A stretch of 64,000 nucleotides of DNA from NCBI RefSeq assembly GCF_006345805.1, contig NC_043000.1:124124001-124188000 (forward strand), written 5' to 3'. The position numbers and the translations under genes are program-made. The stretch's first letter is position 1; every line of letters begins with the position of its first letter. This document shows, one piece after another, positions 51,857 to 64,000 of this stretch. Below the pieces are notes generated by a model. That model saw only the letters and a program-made list of their open reading frames with translations, was not told the DNA's origin and ran no database searches. This DNA is from Octopus sinensis. Lineage: Eukaryota.

Positions 51857-53711
51857 TGTTTAAGAGTGATATATATATATATATATATACTCTTTTACTC
51901 TTTTACTTGTTTCAGTCATTTGACTGCGGCCATGCTGGAGCACCGCCCTTAGTCAAGCAAATCGATCCCAGGACTTATTCTTTGTAAGCCTAGTACTTAT
52001 TCTATCAGTCTCTTTTGCCGAACCACTAAGTTACAGGGACTTAATCACACCAGCTTTGGTTGTCAAGCGATGTTGGGGGGGGGACAAACATACACACACA
52101 CACACATATATATATATACATATACATATATACAATGGGCTTCTTTCAGTTTCCATCTACAAAATCCACTCACAAGACACTTGCTCAAAGTGCCATGCTG
52201 TTGGACTGAACCCAGAACAATGTGGTTGGTAAGCAAGCTACTTAACTACACAGCCACTCCTGTGCCTATATATATATATATTGAAAAGACCTGTTGAGTC
52301 AAGTAAAACCAATTTTATCTTTGTTGTGGCCAGTGCCCCCTAACTGGCCCCTGTTACGGTGGCACATAAAATGCATCATCTGAATGTGGTTGATGATAGT
52401 GCTCCTTGACTGGCTCCCATACTGGTGGCACATAAAAACTACCATCCGAACGTGGTCAATGCCAGGTCTGCCTGGCTGGCTCCTGTGCCAATGGCATGTA
52501 AAAAGCACTATCTGTATGTGGTCGATGCCAGTGCCCCCTGACAGGCACCCATGCCAGTAGCACATAAAAAGCACTATCTGAACTTGGTCAATGCCAGGTT
52601 TGCCTGACTGGCTCCTGTGCCAATGGCATGTAAAAAGCACCATCCGTATGTGGTCAATGCCAGTGCCCCCTGACAGGCACCCATGCCAGTAGCACATAAA
52701 AAGCACTATTTGAACGTAATCAATGCCAGGCCCACCTGACTAGCTCTTGTGCCGGTGACACGTAAAAAGCACTATCCAAACGTGATCGATGCCAGGCCTG
52801 CCTGACTGGCTCCTGTGCCAATGGCATGTAAAAAGCATCCACTACACTCTCAGAGCAGTTGGCATTAGGAAGGGCATTCAGCTGTAGAAACATTGCCAAA
52901 TCAGATTGGAGCCAGGTGCAGCCTACTGGCTTTCCAGACCTCAGTCAAACTGTCCAACCCATGCCAGCATGGAAAACAGGCGTTAGATGATGATGATGAT
53001 GATCTGGCACTCCATCAGTTATGATGACAAGAATTCCAGTCAATCTAATGATCGAAACAGCCTGTTTGTGAAATCAACGTGCAGGCAGCTGAGCACTCCA
53101 CAGACACGCATATCCAGGGAGAGTCAGCATGACATAGAATGTGAGAAGGCTGGCTCTTTGAAATACAGGTACAACTCATTTTTGCCAGGTGAGAGGACTG
53201 GAGCAACAGGAAATAAAGTGTCTTGCTCAAGGACGTAATGTGCCACAGAGAATCAAACTCATTACTTTACACTCATGAACTGAACACCCTTACCACTAAA
53301 CCTTACACCTACATTATGTATATATGAATACATGCTCTCACACATGCACACACACACACACGCACAGCACACACACATACATATACACGCACACACACAC
53401 ACACACATGTGTGTATTTTATTGTTGTAATAACTCTTCTTGTCCTTATAGTTCCAGGCTTGTCATTCATTTTTTTTACTGTGCTTATTGAAGTATGTTAA
53501 CAGTAGCATTAATTGGTATGGTATCTCTATTCACATGCAACCCTGCCTACACACATACACACACACACACAAAACACACATACGCCCCCACACTATTCTG
53601 TCATCAGTCCAATTAAAATTCATATGCATGCACACATACATACAATCTATCTGTCTATATATCTATCTACATATTTATAAATATACAGTGTATGTGTGTG
53701 GTGTGTGTGTG

Positions 53712-53804
<93 letters not shown>

Positions 53805-54511
53805 ACACACAGAGAAAAAGACTTGGTAACAGCCTGCTTATTAAAGTGCAGTCAGTTGAAATTCGCTGACAGACACAGTACAAAGAGCAAAGAACAAGGA
53901 TATAGTTATAATGTATGTGTAAAAGGTACTTAATGGCCACATCATCAATGATAAGGTCACAGGCTGTGATCAAAGAACTTTGACGAATGAATTAATCAAT
54001 CAATTATTTTAGCCAAATATTAAATATGTAACTATCTAATTAATTGACAATTAAACTGAAGTGAACTACAACCAGTATTTATGTCTTCGCTTACAGCATA
54101 ACCCTCCCAAAGTAGAACAATATTAATTAGAAAGAGCTTGTCAGAGCTTGTCATATAGGCATGAAATTTTACTGTGGTATCAAACTGAGAAGAATATTCA
54201 TGCAATTTTTTCATCAGAAAAGAAGTTTTGGAATCAAGTGATATAAAGAATTTTTGAGATCCAATATATTCTTTTATTTGTTTCAGTCATTTGACAGCAG
54301 CCATGCCGGAGCACCGCCCTTAGTTGCACAAATCGACCCCAGGACTTATTCCTTTTAAGCCTAGCATTTATTCTATCAGTTCTTTTGCCGAACTGCTAAG
54401 TTACAGAGACGTAAGTGCACCAGCATCGGGTTGCCAAGCGATGTTAGGGTGACAAACACAGACACACAAACACAGGCACATTCACACACACACACGCACA
54501 CACACACACAT

Positions 54512-54548
<37 letters not shown>

Positions 54549-54940
54549 CACACACATGCACCACACACACACACACACACGCACGCACACACACACACAT
54601 GCACACACACACACACACACATACATGACAGGCTTCTTCCAGTTTCCGTCTACCAAATCCACTCAAAAGGCTTTGGTTGGCCTGAGTCTATAGTAGAAGA
54701 CACTTGCCTAAGGCGCCACACAGTGGGACTGAACCTGGAACCATGTGGTTGGTAAGCAAGCTACTTACTACACAGTCACTTCATTTTTGGACTGATAGTT
54801 TCTTAAGCAAATATATCTCATTATTAAAATTTATATAATTCAATTAATATTTTAAGTACTAGCATATTTTATGATTTTAGTTTTTTTTTATGAAATTGTA
54901 ATTTTGGTTTAAAGCATTTCCACATGAGCGCTATAATTAC

Positions 54941-55108
54941 CTTTGAAGGATAAAGTCTTTTTCTTCTCTGGTACATTTTCATTTTCTTTTAATTTTCTTG
55001 GGAATAAAAATAATGGCACTGACATTAATATGGCTGCAAAACCAAAAGTAAGGAATCCTAGCCACCAGGCACCAATCCATTGAGGATCAGAAGGTTTAAG
55101 AGAGGTTT
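54941..55108 (-). CDS. OATP exon with family signature (KPSDPQWIGAWWLGFLTFG...LFLFPRKL)
   Basis: Matches the OATP signature D-x-RW-[IV]-GAWW-x-G-[FL]-L, here with Q for R. 168 nt, tttcag|AA ... G|GTAATT, phase 1/1. Confidence 0.93.
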
Positions 55109-55558
55109 CTGAAAGAAAAAAAGAAAATATTCACATTCATTTTTTGAACTGATCTTTAAAACTTACCAATTCATAAAAAAAATATATCCATCACATTTTG
55201 TCTTGCAAGGTACTTGGTGCCACATAAAAAGCTCTATGATGGTACCACGCAAAAGGTACTAGTATTTTGCCCTACTGTTCTAAGAGTTTGGCTAATTTAC
55301 TGATGCCATCATATCAAAGTTGTAACATAGTTGATTATTCTTTTCTTTACATCATAAAATTTTTTCATGGGAAGTAGTATGTGTAGGTACAGGCATGGCT
55401 GTGTGATAAGAAGTTTGTTTCCCAATGCCATGGTTCTGAGTTCAACCCCAGTCAGTGACACCCAAAGCGAGTGTCATCTACTATAGCCTCAGGCCAACCA
55501 AAGCTTCATGTGTGAATATGAATTTGGTAGGTGGAAACTGAAAGAAGTTCATCATATA

Positions 55559-55650
<92 letters not shown>

Positions 55651-55739
55651 ATATAATTCGAGACAAAACCACTATTTTAAAACCAAACAAGGAAAGATTT
55701 AATCAATACATAAAATTTTAATATAAATTAAATAAACCG

Positions 55740-55783
55740 CCACTACAATTGTTTCATGTCTGCTACCGACAATCTTCAGGTGG
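55740..55783 (-). ncRNA. Minimal hammerhead ribozyme motif (inverted copy; sense to the OATP pre-mRNA)
   Basis: Exact reverse complement of 56922-56965. Confidence 0.8.
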
Positions 55784-56921
55784 ATTTTCGATCTAAAAAT
55801 ATCAATATTTTAAAATATAATTTAAATAATTTAAAATAATAAAATAATAAAATTATCAATGAAAGAATATAAAAATAAAAATATATAATCTATATAATCT
55901 ATATATAATCTATATATAATCAATATATAATCTAAAATAATCTAAAATAAACCCTATAAACAATTGAATATAAAAACCTATTATAAAAGTTCTCATATTT
56001 AAAAATGTACAAAAACCAAAAAACAACAAGCAAAAAACAAAAACCAAAAAACAAAAAACAAAAAATAAACTATATATACACACACATGCTCATACACTCA
56101 ACACATTACTTATTCATACTTCCTCACACACACATACAACACTCATTCATAAACAATATACATATACCCGCTCACACATACATATACATACACATACATA
56201 CAGAACACGATATATACCAATATATAAACACCCACACCCATACAGATAAATAAATTACGCAAACAATCACACACACACACACACACATTCACACATACAT
56301 AAACACTCAAAAGAAAACCGAACAATTCTTTACACGTGGATATCAAACGTTTTAAAAAAATTATGAATGGAAATGAAATCCATACATACAAGTATAAATA
56401 TAACTATACAACCCCTAACACAATACACACAAATACACACACATATATACACACACCCACAAACATAACCATATACACACTCACACATACATATACATAT
56501 GTACAAATCTCGATACAAACAAACTTTAATAAAATGACCATGATAAACGAAAACTCATATATATATATTAATATATATATAAAAGAGTTTGATATCCACG
56601 TGTAAAGAATTGTTCGGTTTTCTTGTGTGTGTATATATAGTTTATTTTTTGTTTTTTGGTTTTTGTTTTTTGCTTGTTGTTTTTTGGTTTTTGTACATTT
56701 TTAAATATGAGAACTTTTATAATAGGTTTTTATATTCAATTGTTTATAGGGTTTATTTTAGATTATTTTAGATTATATATTGATTATATATAGATTATAT
56801 ATATATTATATATAGATTATATATTTTTATTTTTATATTCTTTCATTGATAATTTTATTATTTTATTATTTTAAATTATTTAAATTATATTTTAAAATAT
56901 TGATATTTTTAGATCGAAAAT

Positions 56922-56965
56922 CCACCTGAAGATTGTCGGTAGCAGACATGAAACAATTGTAGTGG
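56922..56965 (+). ncRNA. Minimal type-I hammerhead ribozyme motif
   Basis: CCAC-CTGAAGA-t-TGTC-ggtagca-GACA-t-GAAAC-AATT-GTA-GTGG: stem I CCAC/GTGG, intact core, stem II TGTC/GACA, palindromic stem III ACAATTGT, GUA cleavage triplet. Confidence 0.8.
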
Positions 56966-57152
56966 CGGTTTATTTAATTTATATTAAAATTTTATGTATT
57001 GATTAAGTCTTTCCTTGTTTGGTTTTAAAATAGTGGTTTTGTCTCGAATTATATTATATAATATTTTACTATAAAATTGGATTTAACCCTAAATCTGATT
57101 TTTCCCTGTAATTTTGGATTCATTCCCTAATATTTATTATTATTTATATATA

Positions 57153-57197
<45 letters not shown>

Positions 57198-57223
57198 ACA
57201 TATACATATATATATATATTATA

Positions 57224-57266
<43 letters not shown>

Positions 57267-57350
57267 TACATATATATATATATATAAGAATTTTTTGCCT
57301 AATAAGATAAAAAACCAAGGCTGTATAGATATTAGAGCATTTATAGATAG

Positions 57351-57402
57351 GTCTTACAGCTGTTTCTAGGATATTAATTAATAATATCCCTTCATCGGAG
57401 AC
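57351..57402 (-). ncRNA. Minimal hammerhead-like motif, CCGAUGA core variant
   Basis: Minus strand: GTCT-CCGATGA-a-GGGATATT-attaatt-AATATCCT-a-GAAAC-AGCT-GTA-AGAC. Confidence 0.7.
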
Positions 57403-57669
57403 GGTGTGAGAGGGAAAATTAAGTCATAGTTAGTTAGAGAGAGAGAGAGAAAGAGGTTATGAGAGGTAATGGTGTCAATAAGACCCAAAGGTGTCAGGTA
57501 ATGCTGAGTAAGTGCTATGAACAGACCATAGATAAGCTCCAGGTTCGGTGATTATGTGAATGAGTCCAACGTAGGTCATATATCAGCATGTGTATATATA
57601 AAAAAATTTTTTCCAGAATGAGATAAAAAACCAAGGCTGTGAAGATTTTATAACATTTATAAATAGAAG

Positions 57670-57717
57670 ATCTTACAGCTGTTTCCGGGATATTTTTTAT
57701 ATCCCTTCATCGGAGAT
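57670..57717 (-). ncRNA. Minimal hammerhead-like motif, CCGAUGA core variant, tandem copy
   Basis: Minus strand: ATCT-CCGATGA-a-GGGATAT-aaaaa-ATATCCC-g-GAAAC-AGCT-GTA-AGAT. Stem I covaries with the other copy (G-C to A-U). Confidence 0.7.
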
Positions 57718-57852
57718 AGTGTGAGAAAATGGTTAAGCAATAGTTAATTTAGATAAGATATCTTATCTATAAATGTTCTAAAATCTTCATGGCCTTGGTT
57801 TTTTTTCTCATTCTGAAAAAAAGTTTTGTTTATATACATATATATATATATA

Positions 57853-57893
<41 letters not shown>

Positions 57894-58631
57894 TATCTGA
57901 CATACCTGGTAATTCCTGGAAAAGTGGGGCTCATCCATTGGTTCTATTCTCATTATTTGTTTTTCTTATCCAATAACAAAGTATGTATCCCTTAAAATGT
58001 TTTTTGTGCATTTACAAAGACAACCGAACTGTCTTACATAGCATGTTGTTTTTAGGAAATCCCAAGAAGCTATGAATACCCAAATTGTGAAGTCAGTTAC
58101 ATAATATCATGAAATTAGTTACCTGATAAAGCAGCCCCCAAAAGGGCTTTAATTACAGATGGTCTAGTATGCGTATATACTGTTGTAAAATATTTATGTA
58201 ATGCAGCGGGAAAATTTTAATTTTATTTTAATGTATTAATTGAATTATATTTCGTATATAATTATTTACAATATGTATTTTGAATCCACTCTTTGATTTA
58301 AGGTTTTCCTCGATTTTTATAGTATGGTGAATTTATATTGAATTCATTTATTTTGTTTATTTTGTTCATTGCATGCTTAAGACTGTTAATTAAAAGGACC
58401 AATGAAACAAATCCATTTTCAAAGGTGTATCCTTTAACTAGTTTCAATTATATCATTCTTTCTATTCCATTCTAACAAAACTGTCAGACTAACAGGAACG
58501 TGAAACTCTGAGTAACAGGTTTTGTTATATCTGCTGCTTTAAAATAAAGTATATATCTATCTATATATATATATATATATATATCTATATATATATATAT
58601 ATGATGATGATGATATACATACATACATATA

Positions 58632-58692
<61 letters not shown>

Positions 58693-58697
58693 ATAAT

Positions 58698-58750
<53 letters not shown>

Positions 58751-58957
58751 TATATAGGGAGAGTTTACGAAAAAAAGCAAAAGACGAAGACAGGTGGTGT
58801 ACAAAACAAACAGATGTATTAGTATAACGCTCAGGAATAGAAAAAGTCTTTTATCTTTCGATCCTACGCTCTTCTACAGAAAGGGACACAAAAAAAAACA
58901 AGGAGTGAAACAAAGAGAGAAAAAAATGTGTGTAGTGGCTAACGATCTATCATGGCG

Positions 58958-58993
<36 letters not shown>

Positions 58994-59522
58994 TCATTAT
59001 CCTCATTGCTGTTTAATTTCTGTTTACCATAATGGTATGGCTTGGATGGTTTGATTGGAACCAATGAGCCATTGGACATTGCTAATCTCCAGTAATGACA
59101 CTGGTATAGTTTCTATACCTTTCCTGATGCCATCCACTTTACAGATAAACTGGAGACCTCAAAGTAAAATATCTTGTGTTATTTATTCCACGAATCTTAC
59201 ACAGATATCTCCTTCTCACACTTACCATCGGAAAAGCAGCAAAATTATGATCGATCTATTGGAAACCTATAATCAATAATGCTATTGTTGACAGAATAAG
59301 AACTGCCTGAGTTTGAACAAAAATATATAAACATGAAAGCTGTACCTCACACACTTGTTATGTCACTATCTGATAAAGTTTTAAATATGTAACTTAGTGA
59401 CAAAGTCATTCACCTAAAGTTAATCTCTCTTTGTTAATCCTTCTATAAACACTGCATTTTATCTGTCAAGATAAAAGGAAAAAATTTATTTTCAGTAGTT
59501 CAGAAAATGAATTCTAAGCCAA

Positions 59523-59800
59523 TTGGTAGTTGCAGTGGTGATGGCAATAGCAGTAATGGTGGTGGTGGTGGTTGTGGTGGTTGTGGTGGTGGTAGAGGTA
59601 ATTGTGGTGATGGTAGAGGTGGTGTTGGTTTTGGTGGTGGTGGTGGTGGTGGTGGTGGTGGTTGTGATGGTGGCAATGGCAGTAAAAGTGGTAGTGGTGG
59701 TGCTGATGATGGCTGCTGTGGCAGTTGTGGTTGAGGTGGTAGTTGTGGCCAGCTGTGGTGGTAGCAGGAACAGTGAGTTGATGGTGACAATGGTGGCAAA
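59523..59800. repeat. Degenerate (GGT)n tract immediately downstream (minus-strand sense) of the 59813 donor site
   Basis: Seen directly. It explains the Thr/Pro/Gly/Val-rich ORFs in the track. Confidence 0.9.
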
Positions 59801-59812
59801 GGTGCTACTTAC

Positions 59813-59899
59813 TTTCCAGAGTAACATATTGCTTACTGAAATATCCACCAAGACAGAATACAACAACTGGGCCGAAACAATTCATTCCATTTAAGATTC
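59813..59899 (-). CDS. OATP exon (GILNGMNCFGPVVVFCLGGYFSKQYVTLE)
   Basis: Not in the ORF track. 87 nt, acceptor ttttag|GA, donor A|GTAAGT, phase 1/1. Matches the OATP 'GP..G..LGG....YV' helix. Confidence 0.88.
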
Positions 59900-60193
59900 C
59901 TAAAAGATAAAATTACATATATTTGAATTTATACACTTGACAAGAACAATGGATGCATATATATGTGTGTGTGTGTGTGTATATATATATCTACTTGTAT
60001 ATATATGTGTATATATCTACTTGTGTATATATATATATATATATGTATATAATCTACTTGTATATATATGTGTATATATAGCTACATATATATAATATAT
60101 ATATATATATATATACTTGTATATATATATGTGTATGAGTGTGTGTGCATGTGTATGAAAGTATTTGGGTGTATGCATGTGTGTGTGTGTGTG

Positions 60194-60277
<84 letters not shown>

Positions 60278-60864
60278 GGGAAATGTTAGTGACCTAATAA
60301 CTCTGAATAAGACTTCAGCAAAATGTCAAAAGGAAACTGTAATCTTGGTAGGTCACTGAAGTTTAAGCTTGATCAGTCAAGTTGCTCTGGTAATAAGTGA
60401 CAGTTTCAGAAATCTATCTGAATTGTTAATATTCCATTATGTACATCAAGATTAGCAGAACAATGCCAGACAATACAAAATTAGAAATTAATGTTATCTA
60501 GATATTCAATCTATTTTTATTGAACACATTGAGGTATGTACCATAAAAAAATATATTATGAGTCATGATATGAAAAGAAAAGAGACATTTTAAGTGTTTA
60601 AGCTATGGTTTACTATAGCAGAATAAGAAAGCTGTTCTGTTTCTCAATCTGCAAAGCTCTTCATTATTACAAGAGATTACCATTAGTGAAGATGGGGAAT
60701 TGAGGATTTTTCCATGCAAAAAATATTTATAAGGATACGAGGCATGTGTAGCAGTCTTCATGAACGAAGATAGCTTCAGAAAAGAAATGTGAGTATAATA
60801 ATTCTTATTTGATCAAATTGTGAGTTCATCATCATCATTGTCATCATCGTCGTCGTTGTCATCG

Positions 60865-60897
<33 letters not shown>

Positions 60898-61080
60898 GCA
60901 TCATCTATATTTAACAATTGCGTAGGAGTGGCTGTGTGGTAAGTAGCTTGCTTATCAACAACATGGTTCCAGGTTCAGTCCCACTGCATGGCACCATGGG
61001 CAAGTGTCTTCTACTATAGTCTCAGGCCGACCAAAGCCTTGTGAGTGGATTTGGTAGAGGGAAACTGAAAGAAGCACGTC

Positions 61081-61150
<70 letters not shown>

Positions 61151-61710
61151 ATATGTTTGTGAGTCTGTGTTTGTCCCCCCCAACATTGCTTGACAACCGA
61201 TGGTGTTGTGTTTACGTCTCCATAACTTAGCAGTTTGGCAAAAGAGACCAATAGAATAAGTACTAGGCTTATAAAGAATAAGTCCTGGGATTGATTTGCT
61301 CGACTAAAGGTGGTGCTCCAGCATGGCCACAGTCAAATGACTGAAACAAGTAAAAAAGTAAATTGTTCTCCATGCTGGCATGGGTTGGATGGTTTGATAG
61401 GGGCTGGCAAGTCAGAGAGCTGCAACAAGAATCAGTTATCTGTTTTGGCATAGTTTCTAGGGATGAATGCCCTTCCCAATACCAACCAATCCTATACTTG
61501 TTTCAATCATTTGACTGCAGCCATGCTAGAGCACTGCCTTGAAGGGATTTTAGTCAAATGAATTGACCCCAATATTATTTCTTTTTTTAATTCTATCAGT
61601 CTCTTTTTGCCGAAATGCTAAGTTATGGGGATGTAAGCACACCAACACTGACTGTCAAGTGATAATGTGGTGGTGGTGGTGGTGGTGGAGGGACAGAGAG
61701 AGACACAAAG

Positions 61711-61783
<73 letters not shown>

Positions 61784-62839
61784 ATATGACAGGCTTCTTT
61801 CAATTTCAGTCTACCAAATCCATTCATAAAGCTTTGGTCAGCCCGAGGCTATAGTAGACAACACTTGCCCAAGAAGCTATGCAGTGGGCCTGAACCAAGA
61901 ACCACATGATTGGGAAGCAAGCTTCTTACCACACAGCCATACCTGTGCCTTGTCACATAACTGGCACCTGTGCCAGTGGAACATAAAATGCACCCTTCGT
62001 GTGTTCTTGAAGCACATACCCATTCAACACTGGATGAACATGCCACCGTCTGACAAAGAATATCGGATTTCCCTCAACTGCATGAAGCAGCAGAAGTTTC
62101 CTGGCCCAGTCAACATCCCAGTGGAACTTCTAAAACATGATGGACTACTATTAAATACCAGTCTATTCACATTGGTTCTCTGAATGTGGAAGAATCTCCA
62201 TGTTCCCAGACCTATATGTGTGATTGCTTTGTATATCACTTGCTTAAGTTGGTGGTGAGCTGGCAGAAATATTAGCATGCAGGACGAAATGCTTAGCATT
62301 ATTTCCTATGTCTTTATGTTCTGATTTCAAATTCCACCAAAGTCAACTTTGCCATTCAGCCTTTCGAGATCGATAAATTAAGTACCAGTTGCACACTAGG
62401 GTCGACTAATCGACTGGCCCCCTCCCACAAAATTTCAGGACTTGTGCCTAGAGTAGAAAAGAATATTACCTGTTTTAATCCACTAAAAGCATTTTTTTCC
62501 TGAATATGCACGATTGAAACTGGGATTTGTCTAATATGCTCATGCATCTTTTATGCCAGTAAATACAATATTTGTTTCTTTATTGCCCACAGGGGGCTAA
62601 ACATAGAAAGGACAAACAAAAAGATTAAGTCGATTACATCGACCCTAGTGTGTAACTGGTACTTATTTAATCGACCCCCGAAAGGATGAAAGGCAAAGTC
62701 GACCTCAGTGGAATTTGAACTCAGAACATAACAGCAGACGAAATACTGTTAAGCATTTCGCCCAGTGTGCTAACGTTTCTGCCAGCTTGCCGCCTTAAAA
62801 TACAATATTTAACTGTTTGAGAGAATATTTCATGCTTAC

Positions 62840-63070
62840 CTACATAGCCGCCAGTGTGGGCTTCATCTACATTCTCATCAATGTATGCAATGGCAAGTGG
62901 AAATCTTGCAGCTTTTCCAACACCAATCAGCAGCATTCCAATAAAAATAAAGAAGTAACCAATTGTACTGGAACCAGTGAAGGATTCTTCTTCCATCAAA
63001 TTGCACTCAATACTCGTATTTAAAGCTGGATCCTGTGTTGATTTGAAATCAGTCCACATTGTTCTATTGG
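62840..63070 (-). CDS. SLCO/OATP organic anion transporter, first coding exon visible in the window (gene continues beyond 64000)
   Basis: YFFIFIGMLLIGVGKAARFPLAIAYIDENVDEAHTGGYVG matches the OATP 'G.G..P...G..YIDD/EN' region. Acceptor tttag|CC and donor G|GTAAGC, phase 1/1. Confidence 0.9.
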
Positions 63071-64000
63071 CTAAACAACAGTTAAGTAACGTTTAATTAT
63101 GCGTGTGCGTGTGTGTGTGAGTGTGTGTGTATATATATATGTATAACGTTCAATATAACATTGTATTTGTATGGCAAAGTCATACAAAGTACGTGTATCA
63201 AGAAAGGAAATCAAAAAGAAAATGAGACCAAAATATATCAGTTTAGGACAGAGGTGGGAAACCATTTTATGTTGAAAGGCTCCCACAAAGTTAAATGCAG
63301 TCTGACAAGGAAGCATTTAAAAATAAGTACTTTATATTGCTAAACTACAGCTTGTTTTTTTTTTGAGTGAGAGAGCAGTGCATGCCATCAAAGTGACACT
63401 GGGGTAAAATATACGAAGCCCAGTATACCCATCATGACAACCCGTCTGATAAGGCACATGCATCACAACCATATGTGCGCAACATGGTGATCTCATATCA
63501 AGATAAACAGTGCATTACCTTGCACGTGGGGCCCAGTTAGAATTTTCTTCTGGTCAAGTAGCCCATTCCACTCAAAAGGTCCTTGAATAAGGATTGTTTA
63601 AGGATGTTGAATGAACCACTCGTGTTTCCAAAGGTGAATTATCCAAACCTCCAAGAATTCCTTTCAACAGACAGCTATGATGTTCCCCCACTACTTCTGC
63701 TCGTGATCAGAGATGCAGATATCGTCAGCCACTAAGGAACATGGTCAACTGGTTACGGTCAAACAACTGGCCAGCAAATCTGTGGTATTGAGCAGAATAT
63801 TTACTGTAGCCCATCTTTTATACCTTTCAATCAGTTAAGATCAGAAGCCATGAGAGCCACTGCCTGGTACTGCATCAGGGCATTTATCATCATCATCATC
63901 ATCATTATTGTCCAATCTGAAAGGAAGAGAAGCAAAGTTGACCCCAATGGCATTTGAATACAGATTGTCCAGTGTACTAATGATTTAGTTAGTCAACCAC

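Larger units (their letters stand above)
55645..57135. mobile_element. Penelope-like non-autonomous inverted-repeat element (~430-bp near-perfect arms carrying hammerheads, 3' extension to ~57130)
   Basis: 55651-56085 is the reverse complement of ~56625-57054. An inner 38-bp IR lies at 56311-56348/56587-56624. An inverted partial terminal repeat with a hammerhead is typical of PLE pseudo-LTRs; no RT ORF is seen. Confidence 0.65.
57295..57825 (-). mobile_element. Penelope-/retrozyme-like element: ~1.5 direct repeats of a ~315-nt unit plus a short inverted terminal copy
   Basis: 57296-57445 resembles 57601-57755. 57762-57822 is the reverse complement of ~57601-57667. Each direct repeat has a hammerhead. 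The element is flanked by (TA)n. Confidence 0.6.

Noticed and set aside
59492-59894. Thr-, Pro-, Gly- and Val-rich ORFs (mucin- or extensin-like)
   Set aside because: These are translations of a (GGT)n tract. The real exon is 59813-59899 in a different frame.
62020-62215. ORF fragment ...MKQQKFPGPVNIPVELLK
   Set aside because: Resembles the K.PGPD.IP.E start of a LINE RT. It is a short decayed fragment, not a host exon.

Overview
AT-rich, microsatellite- and repeat-dense animal genomic DNA. The SINE families and (TA)n/(CA)n/(ATC)n load suggest an octopus (coleoid cephalopod); this is inference. Three protein-coding genes were reconstructed by hand. (1) SAYSD1: minus strand, two exons, 163 aa. 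(2) DNAJC27/RBJ (Rab-like GTPase + J domain): plus strand, intronless CDS, head-to-head with SAYSD1. (3) The 3' part of an SLCO/OATP organic-anion transporter: minus strand, nine distinct coding exons from 63070 down to the stop at 21416, with its 5' exons outside the window. The 65-nt penultimate OATP exon is present three times inside a near-identical 1.7-kb tandem triplication, and only single-copy inclusion keeps the frame. The most unexpected signal is a set of minimal type-I hammerhead ribozyme motifs in the OATP introns, from about six unrelated sequence families. Most lie in inverted or tandem repeats with Penelope-like architecture. They include a tandem pair 319 nt apart with a compensatory stem change (retrozyme-like) and a tRNA-Ser-headed SINE-like element ending in a loop-less, dimer-type hammerhead. 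The remainder is tRNA-derived SINEs, LINE fragments (CR1-, RTE-, Tx1/L1-, CRE-like), mariner/pogo/hAT/piggyBac-like MITEs, a non-autonomous Helitron and a tRNA-Pro pseudogene. Repeat boundaries are approximate. No database searches or folding programs were run.
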